A stretch of DNA of 64,000 bases from an uncultured Gemmatimonadales bacterium (GCA_963851265.1 CAWKNZ010000007.1:576001-640000); one strand, 5' to 3'. Counted from the stretch's first letter, positions 38,483 to 48,121 are shown. Notes: generated from the letters alone by a model not told the origin. Numbers and translations are program-made.

Positions 38483-38935
38483 ATGCCCCCGACCTACACG
38501 CCCGCGTCGGCCAACGCCGCGCTCCCGTACGTCCGGCGGATCGTCGCCGACCTCGTCCGCGATCACGCCGACTGGCGCGCGAGTGTGGCCGCGCTCGCCA
38601 CCCTCGACGCGCCCGGCGCCACCCCGAGCAGTGCCGAACCGGCGTCCGGGCCGCACCCCGACACGCCCGCGCTCCGCCGCCGCGCCGCCGCGCTCGCCGA
38701 CGACGTGCGCGCCGCGCTCGCCGACCTCGCCACGCTCGGCGTCGAGTGCAAGGGCATCGACGTGGGGCTCGTCGACTTCCCGGCCGTGGTCGATGGCGTG
38801 CCCGCGTGCCTCTGCTGGAAACTCGGCGAGCCCACGGTGGCGTGGTGGCACCGGCGCGACGCCGGCTTCGCCGGGCGGCGGCTCATCGGCGGCGCGTCGG
38901 CCTCCGCATTGGCCGCTCCCGAGGTCCCGGCGTGA
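38483..38935 (+). CDS. DUF2203 family protein
   Basis: YTPASANAALP, KGIDVGLVDFP, LCWKLGEP, WWH...GFAGRR. Confidence 0.88.
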   Translation: MPPTYTPASANAALPYVRRIVADLVRDHADWRASVAALATLDAPGATPSSAEPASGPHPDTPALRRRAAALADDVRAALADLATLGVECKGIDVGLVDFPAVVDGVPACLCWKLGEPTVAWWHRRDAGFAGRRLIGGASASALAAPEVPA

Positions 38936-39237
38936 TCCGCGGGGCGAAGCGGGTGCGATCTCGCGCGTTCCGGGCGACCGACGGGGTATCGTGGACCGTG
39001 ACCGCGCGGGCTCCGGGCGCGAGCAACGTGATGATCGTCTTTCTCCACCCCGACCGGTCGACGACCGCGCGTGACCGCTACGCGTGGTGGGTGAGCTCCG
39101 GTCCCGAGGCCCGCGACGTGACCGCCCGACTCGGCGCCGCGGAGGTCCTGGCCGCGCTCGGGGACGCCGACATCGGCGACCTCTTCCGGCGCTCGATGCC
39201 GATCGACAGCAACGTTCCGCGGTTCGAATCGGGCTGA
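38932..39237 (+). CDS. Hypothetical protein
   Basis: GTGA-coupled to DUF2203; VFLHPD...DRYAWW...LFRRSMPI; globular composition. Confidence 0.6.
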   Translation: MIRGAKRVRSRAFRATDGVSWTVTARAPGASNVMIVFLHPDRSTTARDRYAWWVSSGPEARDVTARLGAAEVLAALGDADIGDLFRRSMPIDSNVPRFESG

Positions 39238-39272
39238 CGGGACGCGGGTACGTCCAGCGCCTCAGGCGCGTC

Positions 39273-40223
39273 TCAGGCAGCTTCGCCGTCGATCTCGTCG
39301 GCGAATCGCACGTCGATCTCCGTGCCGTCGCGTGCCGCGGTCGTGGCCGGGAATACCGAGCGCGCCTCGCCTTCCAGCTCGCGCGCGTCGCGCGAGTAGC
39401 GGGCCGAGATGTGGGTGAGCACGAGCTGCCGGACGCCGGCCACGCGGGCGACCGTGGCCGCCTCGCGCGCAGTCGAGTGGCCGGTTTCGATCGCGCGTGG
39501 CCCTTCGTCGTCGGCGAAGGTCGCTTCGTGCACGAGTACGTCTGCGCCCTGGGCCGCGTCGACCGTCGCGGCCGACGGGCGCGTGTCGCCCGTGATCACC
39601 ACGGTGCGTCCTGGACGCGTCGGTCCGACGAGCGTGGCCGGGTCGATTGTCCGGCCATCGTCGAGCGTCACCGTCTCGCCGCGGTGGAGGCGCCCCCACG
39701 CCGGTCCTTCGGGGACGCCGAGTTCGCGCGCCAGGTCGGGATTGAAGCGGCCGCGGCGGATCTCCTCGACGATGGCGTAGCCGACGGCCGACGCGCCCGC
39801 ATGCTCGGCCGCGAACGGGACGATCGCGTAACCCTTACGCGCGACCGCCGTGCCGGGCTCGACCTCGAAGAACTCGATTGGAAAGCCCAGCCGGTCGACG
39901 CTGCCTCCGCCGAGCGCGACCACCTGGCGAAGCGTGCGGGCGGAGCCGCGGGGACCCCAGAGGCGGAGCGGCTCCGTGCGCCCGCCGAGTTGGAGCGTGC
40001 GGGTCAGGCCGATCACGCCGAGCAGGTGATCGGCGTGGGTGTGCGTGAAGAAGATGTCGCCGAGGCCGAAGGACGTGCCGTAGCGCATCATCTGGCGTTG
40101 TGTGCCCTCGCCGCAGTCGACGAGGAACGTCTCGCCCTCTCGCGTGACCGCGACCGAGGCGACGTTCCGCTCGACCGTTGGTCGACTCGCGGCGGTGCCG
40201 AGGAAACGGAGGGTGAGCGACAT
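39273..40223 (-). CDS. rnz: Ribonuclease Z
   Basis: FLGT, DCGEGTQRQ, THTHADH, exosite LGVPEGP, TGDTRP, HEATF, GHST, THISARY. Confidence 0.95.
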   Translation of the reverse strand: MSLTLRFLGTAASRPTVERNVASVAVTREGETFLVDCGEGTQRQMMRYGTSFGLGDIFFTHTHADHLLGVIGLTRTLQLGGRTEPLRLWGPRGSARTLRQVVALGGGSVDRLGFPIEFFEVEPGTAVARKGYAIVPFAAEHAGASAVGYAIVEEIRRGRFNPDLARELGVPEGPAWGRLHRGETVTLDDGRTIDPATLVGPTRPGRTVVITGDTRPSAATVDAAQGADVLVHEATFADDEGPRAIETGHSTAREAATVARVAGVRQLVLTHISARYSRDARELEGEARSVFPATTAARDGTEIDVRFADEIDGEAA

Positions 40224-40244
40224 GGGCGGGCAATGTAGGCGCGC

Positions 40245-40260
40245 CGGCCCGGGCCCTGCA
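40245..40260 (+). promoter_or_regulatory. Weaker sigma54 promoter candidate CGGCCCGGGCCCTGCA
   Basis: GG-N10-GC with CTGCA at -12, 40 bp upstream of the SDR gene. Confidence 0.4.
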
Positions 40261-40299
40261 CCGCGGACGGCCGACCTTCTCACCTACAAACATCCGGTT

Positions 40300-41205
40300 A
40301 TGGACGCTTCGTCTCATTCGCCGACTGACCCGCAGGCACACGTCGATCAATATCCGACCAGGATGCCCGCGCAGCACATGGCCGAGCCCGGGCAGGAGCG
40401 CGACTTGGCGCTCAAGCCGCAGTTCGAGGCGCCGACGTACAAGGCGGCGGGCAAGCTGGCCGACAAGGCCGCGCTCATCACCGGCGGCGACAGTGGGATC
40501 GGGCGGGCGGTCGCGGTGCTGTTCGCCCGCGAGGGGGCCGACGTCGCGATCGTCTACAAGCCCGAAGAGCAGGGCGACGCGGACGAGACCCGGCGGCACG
40601 TGGAGGGGGCGGGGCGGCGCTGCGTGCAGATCCCGGGCGACGTGACCGACGTGACGTTCGTGGACGCGGCCGTGGAGCGGACCGTGCGCGAGTTGGGCAA
40701 GCTGGACATCCTCGTGAACAACGCGGCGCACCAGAAGGACAAGAAGTCGCTGGAGGAGATCACGGACGAGGAGTGGGACAAGACGTTCCACACCAACATC
40801 TATGCGTACTTCCGCTTCGCGCGCGCCGCGCTCCGGCACATGCGGGAGGGTGCGGCGATCGTGAACACGGGGTCCGAAACGGGGCTGATGGGGAGCAAGG
40901 AGTTGCTCGACTATTCGGCAACCAAGGGCGCGATTCACGCGTTCACGAAGGCGCTCGCGCAGAACCTCGTGGAGCGGAAGATCCGGGTGAACTGCGTCGC
41001 GCCGGGCCCGGTGTGGACGCCGCTCAACCCCCAGAGCAGCGATGCGGAGAAGGTGGCCCAGTTCGGCCAGAAGACGCCGATGCAGCGTCCCGCGCAGCCC
41101 GAGGAGATGGCGCCGGCGTACGTGTATTTCGCGTCGACGGCCGACTCGAGCTACGTCACCGGCGAGGTGCTTGCGCTGATGGGAGGCCAGACGACCGCGG
41201 GCTGA
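40300..41205 (+). CDS. SDR oxidoreductase, general stress protein 39 / YghA-like
   Basis: KAALITGGDSGIGRA, LVNNAA, YSATKGA, VAPGPVWTP, RPAQPEE. Confidence 0.92.
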   Translation: MDASSHSPTDPQAHVDQYPTRMPAQHMAEPGQERDLALKPQFEAPTYKAAGKLADKAALITGGDSGIGRAVAVLFAREGADVAIVYKPEEQGDADETRRHVEGAGRRCVQIPGDVTDVTFVDAAVERTVRELGKLDILVNNAAHQKDKKSLEEITDEEWDKTFHTNIYAYFRFARAALRHMREGAAIVNTGSETGLMGSKELLDYSATKGAIHAFTKALAQNLVERKIRVNCVAPGPVWTPLNPQSSDAEKVAQFGQKTPMQRPAQPEEMAPAYVYFASTADSSYVTGEVLALMGGQTTAG

Positions 41206-41255
41206 GGGCGGTGTTGGCGGATGTCAGTGGCCCGTGTGCCGGTCGAGACCGGCAA

Positions 41256-41271
41256 CGGCCCATAGTTTGCT
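41256..41271 (+). promoter_or_regulatory. sigma54 promoter candidate CGGCCCATAGTTTGCT
   Basis: GGC-N7-TTGCT, about 105 bp upstream of the KGG gene. Confidence 0.6.
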
Positions 41272-41375
41272 ACGCAATCAATTGCGGCGGGCTTGCTACA
41301 TCCGTCGAGTCGGAGGTCGGTGGGGCGCTGACGGCCGGCTGTGCATCTCTCTCTTGGGCCCAGAGGATCACGACG

Positions 41376-41735
41376 ATGAGCGAATTGATGACGGTAGACG
41401 GGAGCGCGGAGCGGGGCGAGGCGAGCGGCGCCGGGAAGAGCCGGCGAGGGTTTGCCTCGATGGATCGGGCGCGTCAGCGCGAGATCGCGAGCAAGGGGGG
41501 CCGGGCAGCGCACGCCAAGGGCACCGCGCACGAGTGGAGCTCGGACGAGGCGCGTACGGCGGGGCAGAAGGGCGGCATCGTCGTGAGCCGCGACCGGACG
41601 CACATGGCGACCATCGGTCGCGAGGGCGGCGAGTCGCGGAGCCGGGCGAGCCGGGCGGCGCGCAACGGCGATCATCACGCCGGGAATGGAAGCGAGCGCG
41701 AGATGACGCGCGTGGTCGCGCGCGAGCAGGCGTGA
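41376..41735 (+). CDS. KGG-repeat stress-induced protein (YciG/GsiB-like)
   Basis: RGFASMD...EIASKGG...AHEW...AGQKGG...IGREGG; GAGGA RBS. Confidence 0.9.
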   Translation: MSELMTVDGSAERGEASGAGKSRRGFASMDRARQREIASKGGRAAHAKGTAHEWSSDEARTAGQKGGIVVSRDRTHMATIGREGGESRSRASRAARNGDHHAGNGSEREMTRVVAREQA

Positions 41736-41763
41736 CGTCGGCCTCGGCCCGTTGGCGCTGAGG

Positions 41764-41791
41764 CCGAGGGCCGGCGATCGGCGGCCCTCGG
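41764..41791. terminator. GC hairpin after the KGG gene
   Basis: ccgagggccg...cggccctcgg 10-bp stem; no strong U tract. Confidence 0.45.
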
Positions 41792-41794
41792 TGC

Positions 41795-41822
41795 TTGACG
41801 CGCGGGCCGAACGTGCTAAGTT
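41795..41822 (+). promoter_or_regulatory. sigma70 promoter for tRNA-Ala (TTGACG-N16-TAAGTT, extended -10 TG)
   Basis: Near-consensus hexamers about 60 bp upstream of the tRNA. Confidence 0.6.
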
Positions 41823-41880
41823 CATCCAGGTCACGACGGCTGCTCCGGCGCCAATCGGCCGGAGCAGCCGTCGTGCTCGC

Positions 41881-41953
41881 GGGGCTGTAGCTCAGCTGGG
41901 AGAGCGCTGCAATCGCACTGCAGAGGTCAGGGGTTCGATCCCCCTCAGCTCCA
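41881..41953 (+). tRNA. tRNA-Ala(CGC)
   Basis: GGGGCTG/CAGCTCC acceptor with G3:U70, anticodon arm CTGCA-AT CGC AC-TGCAG, TTCGATC T loop; CCA not encoded. Confidence 0.95.
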
Positions 41954-42129
41954 TCCGCGCGTCTGGTTCGTCTGTGACGAACGCGGTCGATGATCGTTCT
42001 TGTTCGTTGCCCGCCGCCGTTCGGTAGGACGGAGAGTTCCAATGACGGCGCGCGCGGCACGAACGCACGCGGAAACGACGGCCCGCGCTCTTTCGAGAGC
42101 GCGGGCCGTCGCGCGTTGTGGGGGCGTGC

Positions 42130-43446
42130 TCAGCGCGTGTATGCGGCTTCGACGTCGGCCCGCAGGGCGCGGAAGATGTCGGCGAACGCCCGGTCCTCCT
42201 CGGTCTCGACCCGACTGTCGAGGTCGGACATCGCCCGCGCGCCGATGCCGCCGAACCAGCGGACGAGGGCGCTCTCCTGGACCGACACGTCGAACTGCCG
42301 CACGAGCAGCGTGCGCGCGCCCGCGTTTCCGCCCGTCGCGCCTCCCGACGGGTCGCGTAGCACGATCTCCGTGCGCATCCCGGCGCCAGTGAACGGCCGG
42401 TCGAGCGCGCCGGTAATGAGATGCCGCATGCCGAGCGGGATGTGCCAGTGCGGTGGCTGGCGCCAGCGGATCGACCAGCCACGCTCGGACGGCACCCGCA
42501 CGAACGTGAGATTCCCGACGAGTTGCTCGGCCCCCACGTCGAACATGAGGACGTGCGTGTACGTGTCCGTGCGCAAGAGCACGTTGTCGGGCAGCGGGCG
42601 CGCGACGCCTTCGAGCGTCTGCAGCTGCCCGTCGCGGAGCCGCAGCTGGAGCTGCATTTTGCCCCCGGCCGAGCGAAGGTCGGCCCAGCGCGCGCCGCGC
42701 CCGTCGTCGAGCGCCATGCTCCACCGGGTGCCACCGACATACTTGTCGACGTAGCCGGCGAACGCGGCGAGCCCGGCGGCGCGGAGTCGGTCGGGCCGCA
42801 CGGTCATCCGCAAGTCCACACGCGTGGTGCCGTCGCCCGCGGGCGCGGTCTGTACCTCGTCGAGCGAAACGAGCCGGCCGAGCGCGGCGCCGGTGCGCGG
42901 AAAGGTGCTCTGAAGCTCGGCGCGGACCGCGGGGGCGGGTTGCTCTAGTCTGGCGAGCGCGGCGGTCGTCAGTTCGGGCCCGGCTGCGGCGCGAAAGCGG
43001 CCGATATCCTGCTCGACGCTCGTGGCCCACTCGTAGGAGCCGTCGGCCGCGCGCGCGAGCCGGACGATGTGGCGGCCGTCGCCGAGGCGCTCGGGTGCCG
43101 GCGGGGCGGAGCGGGGGGTGAAGCGGTACGTGCCGTTCGGCGCCGCCGACGCGTCGACTTCGAGGGCGCGGGTACCGTCAGGAGCGATCGAGGTCCAGAC
43201 GGAGGCGTCGTCGAAGATGCCGGACGGAGAGAGGGCGTACCGGCTAAGCTTCTTGCGTGCGGCGTCGAACTTGGGCGCGCGGTCGACGTTGGTGAAGCGG
43301 GCGGCGAAGGCGGAGAAGAGGTCGGTGGTCGCGGCGCGCGCCGCGGGCGGGGTGGGGAGGCTCGGCGGGAGGGCTCCCGCGCACGCGGCCGCGGTGAGCG
43401 TGGCGGCGAAAAGGGCGAGGCGGCGCGCGGGCGACGGCAGGGGCAC
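42130..43446 (-). CDS. Hypothetical lipoprotein
   Basis: RRLALFAATLTAAAC lipobox; long ORF with coding-like composition between the two tRNAs. Confidence 0.7.
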   Translation of the reverse strand: MPLPSPARRLALFAATLTAAACAGALPPSLPTPPAARAATTDLFSAFAARFTNVDRAPKFDAARKKLSRYALSPSGIFDDASVWTSIAPDGTRALEVDASAAPNGTYRFTPRSAPPAPERLGDGRHIVRLARAADGSYEWATSVEQDIGRFRAAAGPELTTAALARLEQPAPAVRAELQSTFPRTGAALGRLVSLDEVQTAPAGDGTTRVDLRMTVRPDRLRAAGLAAFAGYVDKYVGGTRWSMALDDGRGARWADLRSAGGKMQLQLRLRDGQLQTLEGVARPLPDNVLLRTDTYTHVLMFDVGAEQLVGNLTFVRVPSERGWSIRWRQPPHWHIPLGMRHLITGALDRPFTGAGMRTEIVLRDPSGGATGGNAGARTLLVRQFDVSVQESALVRWFGGIGARAMSDLDSRVETEEDRAFADIFRALRADVEAAYTR

Positions 43447-43456
43447 GACCGAGGGG

Positions 43457-43485
43457 TTGCGAGGGCGGTGGGGCGCCGGTAGAAT
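43457..43485 (+). promoter_or_regulatory. sigma70 promoter for tRNA-Gln (TTGCGA-N17-TAGAAT)
   Basis: Near-consensus hexamers with a 17-bp spacer. Confidence 0.65.
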
Positions 43486-43518
43486 AATCGGCCGCGGCGG
43501 TTAGGCGTGCCGTGGTGA

Positions 43519-43591
43519 TGCCCCTTGGTGTAACTGGCAACACGTCTGACTCTGGATCAGAAGAGTCCTGGTTCGAGCCCAGGAGGGGCAA
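43519..43591 (+). tRNA. tRNA-Gln(CTG)
   Basis: TGCCCCT/AGGGGCA acceptor (U1-A72), anticodon arm TCTGA-CT CTG GA-TCAGA, TTCGAGC T loop; CCA not encoded. Confidence 0.95.
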
Positions 43592-43592
43592 T

Positions 43593-43638
43593 GCGAAGGG
43601 CCGCAAGCACTTACGGTGCTGCGGCCCTTCGCCGTTTC
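43593..43638 (+). terminator. Intrinsic terminator after tRNA-Gln
   Basis: gcgaagggccgca...tgcggcccttcgc stem followed by cgttt. Confidence 0.7.
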
Positions 43639-43934
43639 ACTACGATCCGTCCGGTTCTTGATTCGCTTCGGGCCGCAACCGCATGGGTCGAGGCGCGCTG
43701 AAGTTCCCGCACGGGCGCCCGCGTCCCCTCGTCCCTGTCCTCGCTCGCCACCGTCGCCGCCGACGTGGCCCGACCTCGATCGTAGCCGGTGGTGGCGTCA
43801 GCGCCGACAACTCCGATGCTCGTGCCGCACGTCGACCGTCGGCCCGACCTCGCGGACAACAATCGCGCGCAGGACGTAGACCGCGGAACACAGCACGGCG
43901 TATGTGGTCGCCGCCCCAGCATCGATTCCGCCGA

Positions 43935-45113
43935 TCAAGGTGCGTCGCCGAGCGCGTCAACTGGCACCGACTGCGGATGCATACGCGGCAGCGACGCCGA
44001 GCGACGCGCGTTCCACCACGCCATCAGCTTGGTCCGCACACTGAGCAACGGCTGTTCGACGCCGTAGTACGACGCCACCGCGAGCGCGAGCGCGAGCAGG
44101 TAGCATCCCGGCAAGGTTGCGAGAACGCGCGGGACGAAAGGGATGAACACGTCGGGTGCGTGCGCCGGCACCAAGCGCAAGGCGATCTGCTGCCAGAGGT
44201 AGAGCGAATAGCTCACGCGTCCGACGAAGCGAACCGGGGCAACGTTGAGCACTCGTCCCGCGGCCGTCTCGGGCCGGCGGATGGTCCAATCGACGAGAAG
44301 CGCGAGGGCGACGTTCGCGATCGGGATCCCGAGGAGCGCGTGTGGTTTCGCGTGCCACGTCCAGTTCCCCCAGAGAGCGAGATACGGCACGGGTACGAGG
44401 AGCCACGGTGCGGGCGACGCGAGCCAGCGCCGATACCACGCCTGCTCCGCGAGCCAGTCGCTCGTGTACGCGAGGAGCACGCCGGTCGCGAGCGCGTCCG
44501 CGACGTTCTCGAAGTGCGAGTCCAGGGGCCACGCATTGGCCCACCCGTAGTGATGGAGTTCCGCAACGCGGATCAGCGGGACGAGTGCGAGCGCCACCAA
44601 CGGCGCGCCCCACGCGCCCCGGCGGGCACGCGTCGCGAGCGCGAGGATGCCGGGCCAGAGCAAGTAGAACTGCTCTTCGACGGCGAGCGACCAGAGATGC
44701 CACGTATACCAGGACCCGTCCGCGTAGTCGCGGAGATACAGCGCGGACGTCAACAAATCGCGCCCCGACACCGGCACCCACCCCGCCCACGTCATCGCTC
44801 CCAGGACGGCCAGGAACACGAAGAGCGCGGGCGCGATGCGGAAGGTCCGCCGAAAGTAGAACGCACCGAGCGCGATGCGACCGGTCTTCGCGCGCTCAGC
44901 GAGCAGGAGTTTCGTGATCAGGAATCCCGACAGGACGAAGAAGACGCGCACGCCGAGCACGCCCACCCCGACCGGGTCGAACACCCACCCGCCCCAACCG
45001 TGCCCCGCGTCCCAGAGGTGGCCCGTTTCGCATTGACTTGCATGTGCGACGAGGACGAGGCCGACCGCGAGGGCGCGCCAGCCGTCCAGCGACGGGATCT
45101 CACGGCGAATCAC
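43935..45113 (-). CDS. Acyltransferase family 3 (OafA-like O-acyltransferase)
   Basis: IPSLDGWRA, GVRVFFVLSGFLIT, FYFRRTFRI, HLWSLAVEEQFY, VSYSLYLWQ, SYYGVEQP. Confidence 0.92.
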   Translation of the reverse strand: MIRREIPSLDGWRALAVGLVLVAHASQCETGHLWDAGHGWGGWVFDPVGVGVLGVRVFFVLSGFLITKLLLAERAKTGRIALGAFYFRRTFRIAPALFVFLAVLGAMTWAGWVPVSGRDLLTSALYLRDYADGSWYTWHLWSLAVEEQFYLLWPGILALATRARRGAWGAPLVALALVPLIRVAELHHYGWANAWPLDSHFENVADALATGVLLAYTSDWLAEQAWYRRWLASPAPWLLVPVPYLALWGNWTWHAKPHALLGIPIANVALALLVDWTIRRPETAAGRVLNVAPVRFVGRVSYSLYLWQQIALRLVPAHAPDVFIPFVPRVLATLPGCYLLALALAVASYYGVEQPLLSVRTKLMAWWNARRSASLPRMHPQSVPVDALGDAP

Positions 45114-46201
45114 GCGTCCTCAGCGCCGTAAGTCAGATTGGCCCAGAATGCGCGTTCGGGGGAAACATCGGACGGCATGAGGTCAGGGAGAGGAGATCAT
45201 GGAGGCCGTGCGGGACCGGCCGTATTCGCAATGCCTAACGGAGATGCTCTCGCAGCCGTGTGCGGCGTGACCGGCACGCGCGATCGCGCCGCGCCTGCGC
45301 AGGTGCGCGATGAGCGCGGCGAGATGGCAGCACGGGGTGAACGGATCGGCGCACTCCGCGAGACCTCGAATGCGCCTGAGTGCCGGGACGCACGAGGGTG
45401 CGACCGAGCACGTGACGAGCAAAGGGACCCCGCAGGCACAATCGCCGAGTCCCGGCTGCGCGGTGCGCGGGGGCAGGCGCCGCCCATGGGCCGGGACTCC
45501 GGCCCTGGCAACCGCGACCGCGCATTCCTACGCGCTGACAGCGCGCCTGAGCATTCACCGGCCTCGCCAAGGGATGAGAGTGGCGAAACGCTGCCGTCCC
45601 TGACGTCCCTCGATCGGCACCGTGGCCACCACCGGTCGCGTCGCACGGCCAGTGCGGGACACGCCGGCCCGCAGTGTTCGAATGCACTCGCGACGGCTAT
45701 ACGCTCCGCGCTGGCGCCGCCGGGCCCCACACGCCCCACACGGACAACGGGCTGCGCCGCCGGGCGTCATACACCCGCATCGACGCCGCCGGACGGCTCG
45801 GCGTCACATCGCGCGGTGGCGAGACGCAGATCGCGGTCGTCGAGCGCCCCGGGCTCACGCTGGTATTCGTCAGGCTCGACAAAACGGGGAAGGTCGAGGT
45901 GCGTCGGTAAGAGGACGCGTTCCTCGCGCCCGATCGCGTCCGTCGCAGAGCCAGAACCGCACGACACGCGCGCGCGACGTCCAGCAGAGCATCGCGCACA
46001 GCGCCAACTCGCGGCCGGCCGCGCCCCGGTTCATCTACGCGATCGCCATGCGTACGGGCTGGCCGGAGCCGCCGACGTACTGCGTGACGCTCGCATTCGA
46101 GCGGTGGGAGCGCGACGCGCGATCATCGGATGCCGGCGGCTCGCGGTACCGGTACCCGCGGCGCGATGGCCGCCGTCGCGGATTCCCAGCCGTGCGCCGC
46201 A

Positions 46202-47032
46202 CTATGATCGTCGCGTGTCGTCAGCTGACGCGCTCGCCCGACCACCCGTGAGCACGTACCGCGCGCGGAACGCCGTGATCACGGCGCCGAGTTCGTGCGG
46301 AACCCGGGCGAACACCTCGGCCACGACCGCGTCCGGCACACCCCATCGCGCCTCGGCGAGCGCACCGGCGATACAGGCCTGCGTGTCGGCGTCGCCGCCT
46401 AACGAAACGGCGAGGCGCGCCGCGTCTTCCCAGCCCTGTGCTTCGAGGAAACAGAGAATCGCCTCGGGCACGGAGCCCTGGCACGTCACGTCGAAGTGGT
46501 AGGCGGGCCGGATGTCGTCGACCGTGCGCGCGAGATCGTACCCGAATCGGCGCGAGAGCTCGCCCCGGATCGTGGCGTTGTCGGCGCCCGTGCGCGCGAG
46601 CAGCACGCCGAGCGCGACGGATTGGGCGCCCTTGATGCCCTCGGGGTGATCGTGCGAGACGGCGGCGGAGCGTTCCGCCTCCCGCAGCACGTCGTCCACA
46701 CGATCCCACGCCCACCCGATCGGGCTCGCGCGCATCGCGGAGCCGTTGCCGAAGCTGCCGTAAGGCCGCGGATCATCGCCGCGGAACCAGCGACCGAAGT
46801 TGCCGCCGTACCCCGCATGCGGCCAGCGACGCGCGAAGGTGAGGATCGCCGCCCCGTAGTCGGGGCGTTCACCGTCCGCCGTCGCCTGCAGTATCGCGGC
46901 GGCCACCGCGCAGGTCAGCACGCTGTCGTCCGTCACCCGCGACCCGGGCGAGAACAGCGGAAAGTCGACGGCCTTCGTCGGGTGGTGCTCGAACGGGGAG
47001 CCGATCAGGTCGCCCGCGATGGCGCCGAGCAT
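46202..47032 (-). CDS. ADP-ribosylglycohydrolase family protein
   Basis: MLGAIAGDLIGS, TDDS, SFGNGSAMR, SHDHP, GGDADT. Confidence 0.93.
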   Translation of the reverse strand: MLGAIAGDLIGSPFEHHPTKAVDFPLFSPGSRVTDDSVLTCAVAAAILQATADGERPDYGAAILTFARRWPHAGYGGNFGRWFRGDDPRPYGSFGNGSAMRASPIGWAWDRVDDVLREAERSAAVSHDHPEGIKGAQSVALGVLLARTGADNATIRGELSRRFGYDLARTVDDIRPAYHFDVTCQGSVPEAILCFLEAQGWEDAARLAVSLGGDADTQACIAGALAEARWGVPDAVVAEVFARVPHELGAVITAFRARYVLTGGRASASADDTRRS

Positions 47033-47091
47033 GGAGTCGTTGGGACGAGGTACGGCAGCGGCAGATGAGGTTCCCACTCGGAGCCGGCGGC

Positions 47092-48121
47092 TCAGAACAC
47101 GGCGTGCTCGCCGAGGTCCGCCGTCGCCGTGCCCTGCAACAGCGCGCGGTAGTGGTCCGCGAGCGTCTCGCGTCCGACCGACGGCGTAGCGTCCGCGTCG
47201 TAGCGCCCGGCGCGCTCGTCCCACACCAGCATCGACTCGGTCGCATAGTAGCGTCCAATGCGCGCCATCTCCGCCTTCGCCGCCAACGGTCGCGCCACCC
47301 GCCCCAACGCGCCGAACGTTCCTACGATCCCGTCGAGCAACCGTACCGGCACGTGCGTGAACCGCGGCGGCCGGCCGAGGAGCGCGAACAGCAGCTCCCC
47401 CTGCTGCCGGGGCGTGATCGCGTCCCCCGGCCCGCCGATCGGCAGCACCCGCTGCCACCGGTCCGCATGACCGAGACAGCCGACGAGATACTCGGCGACG
47501 TCGTTCGCGGAGATCGGTTTGCAAGCCGTCCCCGTACCGTCGCCGAACACGAGGAACGGTTTGCCCTGCCGCACACGCGCGACCTGCCCCGAGAGCGACT
47601 TGAAGAAGGCCGTCGGCCGGACGATCGAGTAGCGGAGGCCCGAGGCAACGAGCTGCCGCTCGAAGGCGAGCTTCGCGTGCTGGAAGGCGAGCCGGGGCTT
47701 CTGCACGCAGATTGCCGAGAGGAGCACGAACTGCCCAACGCCGGCCCGCTCGGCCGCCTCCAGCAGGTGGACGTGCGCGCGGTGGTCGACGGCCCACGCG
47801 TCCGCCGGCGCGCCGGTGCGTGAGGCGAGGCACGAGATCACCGCGTCGAACCGCTCGCCCCGAAAACCGTCCCGCGCGAGCGACCCGGGGTCGCCGAGGT
47901 CGCCCGCGCGCACGCTGACTCCGTCAGGAAAGCCGCTGAGGAGGAGCGACGCGTCCGCGCTCCGTTGACCGCCGGGCGAAGCACACGACCTCGTGGCCGT
48001 GGCGCGCGAGCGCGCGCACCGTCGCACCACCGATCGTGCCGGTCGCCCCGGTCACGAACACGCGGCGACGCGCCGACGGGGTGAGCATGAGGGTCGGGGC
48101 GGTCGGCAGCATGCTCGTCAT
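47092..48121 (-). pseudogene. bciA: Divinyl (proto)chlorophyllide 8-vinyl reductase BciA-like NAD(P)H-binding protein, frameshifted near 47960-47980
   Basis: Rossmann start VFVTGATGTIG...HEVVCFAR is in one frame and stops at 47924; the body (SCLASRTG, LLSAICVQKP, RPTAFFKSLSGQ, FGDG..ACKPIS, IGRYYATESML, GEHAVF) is in another frame. Confidence 0.8.
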
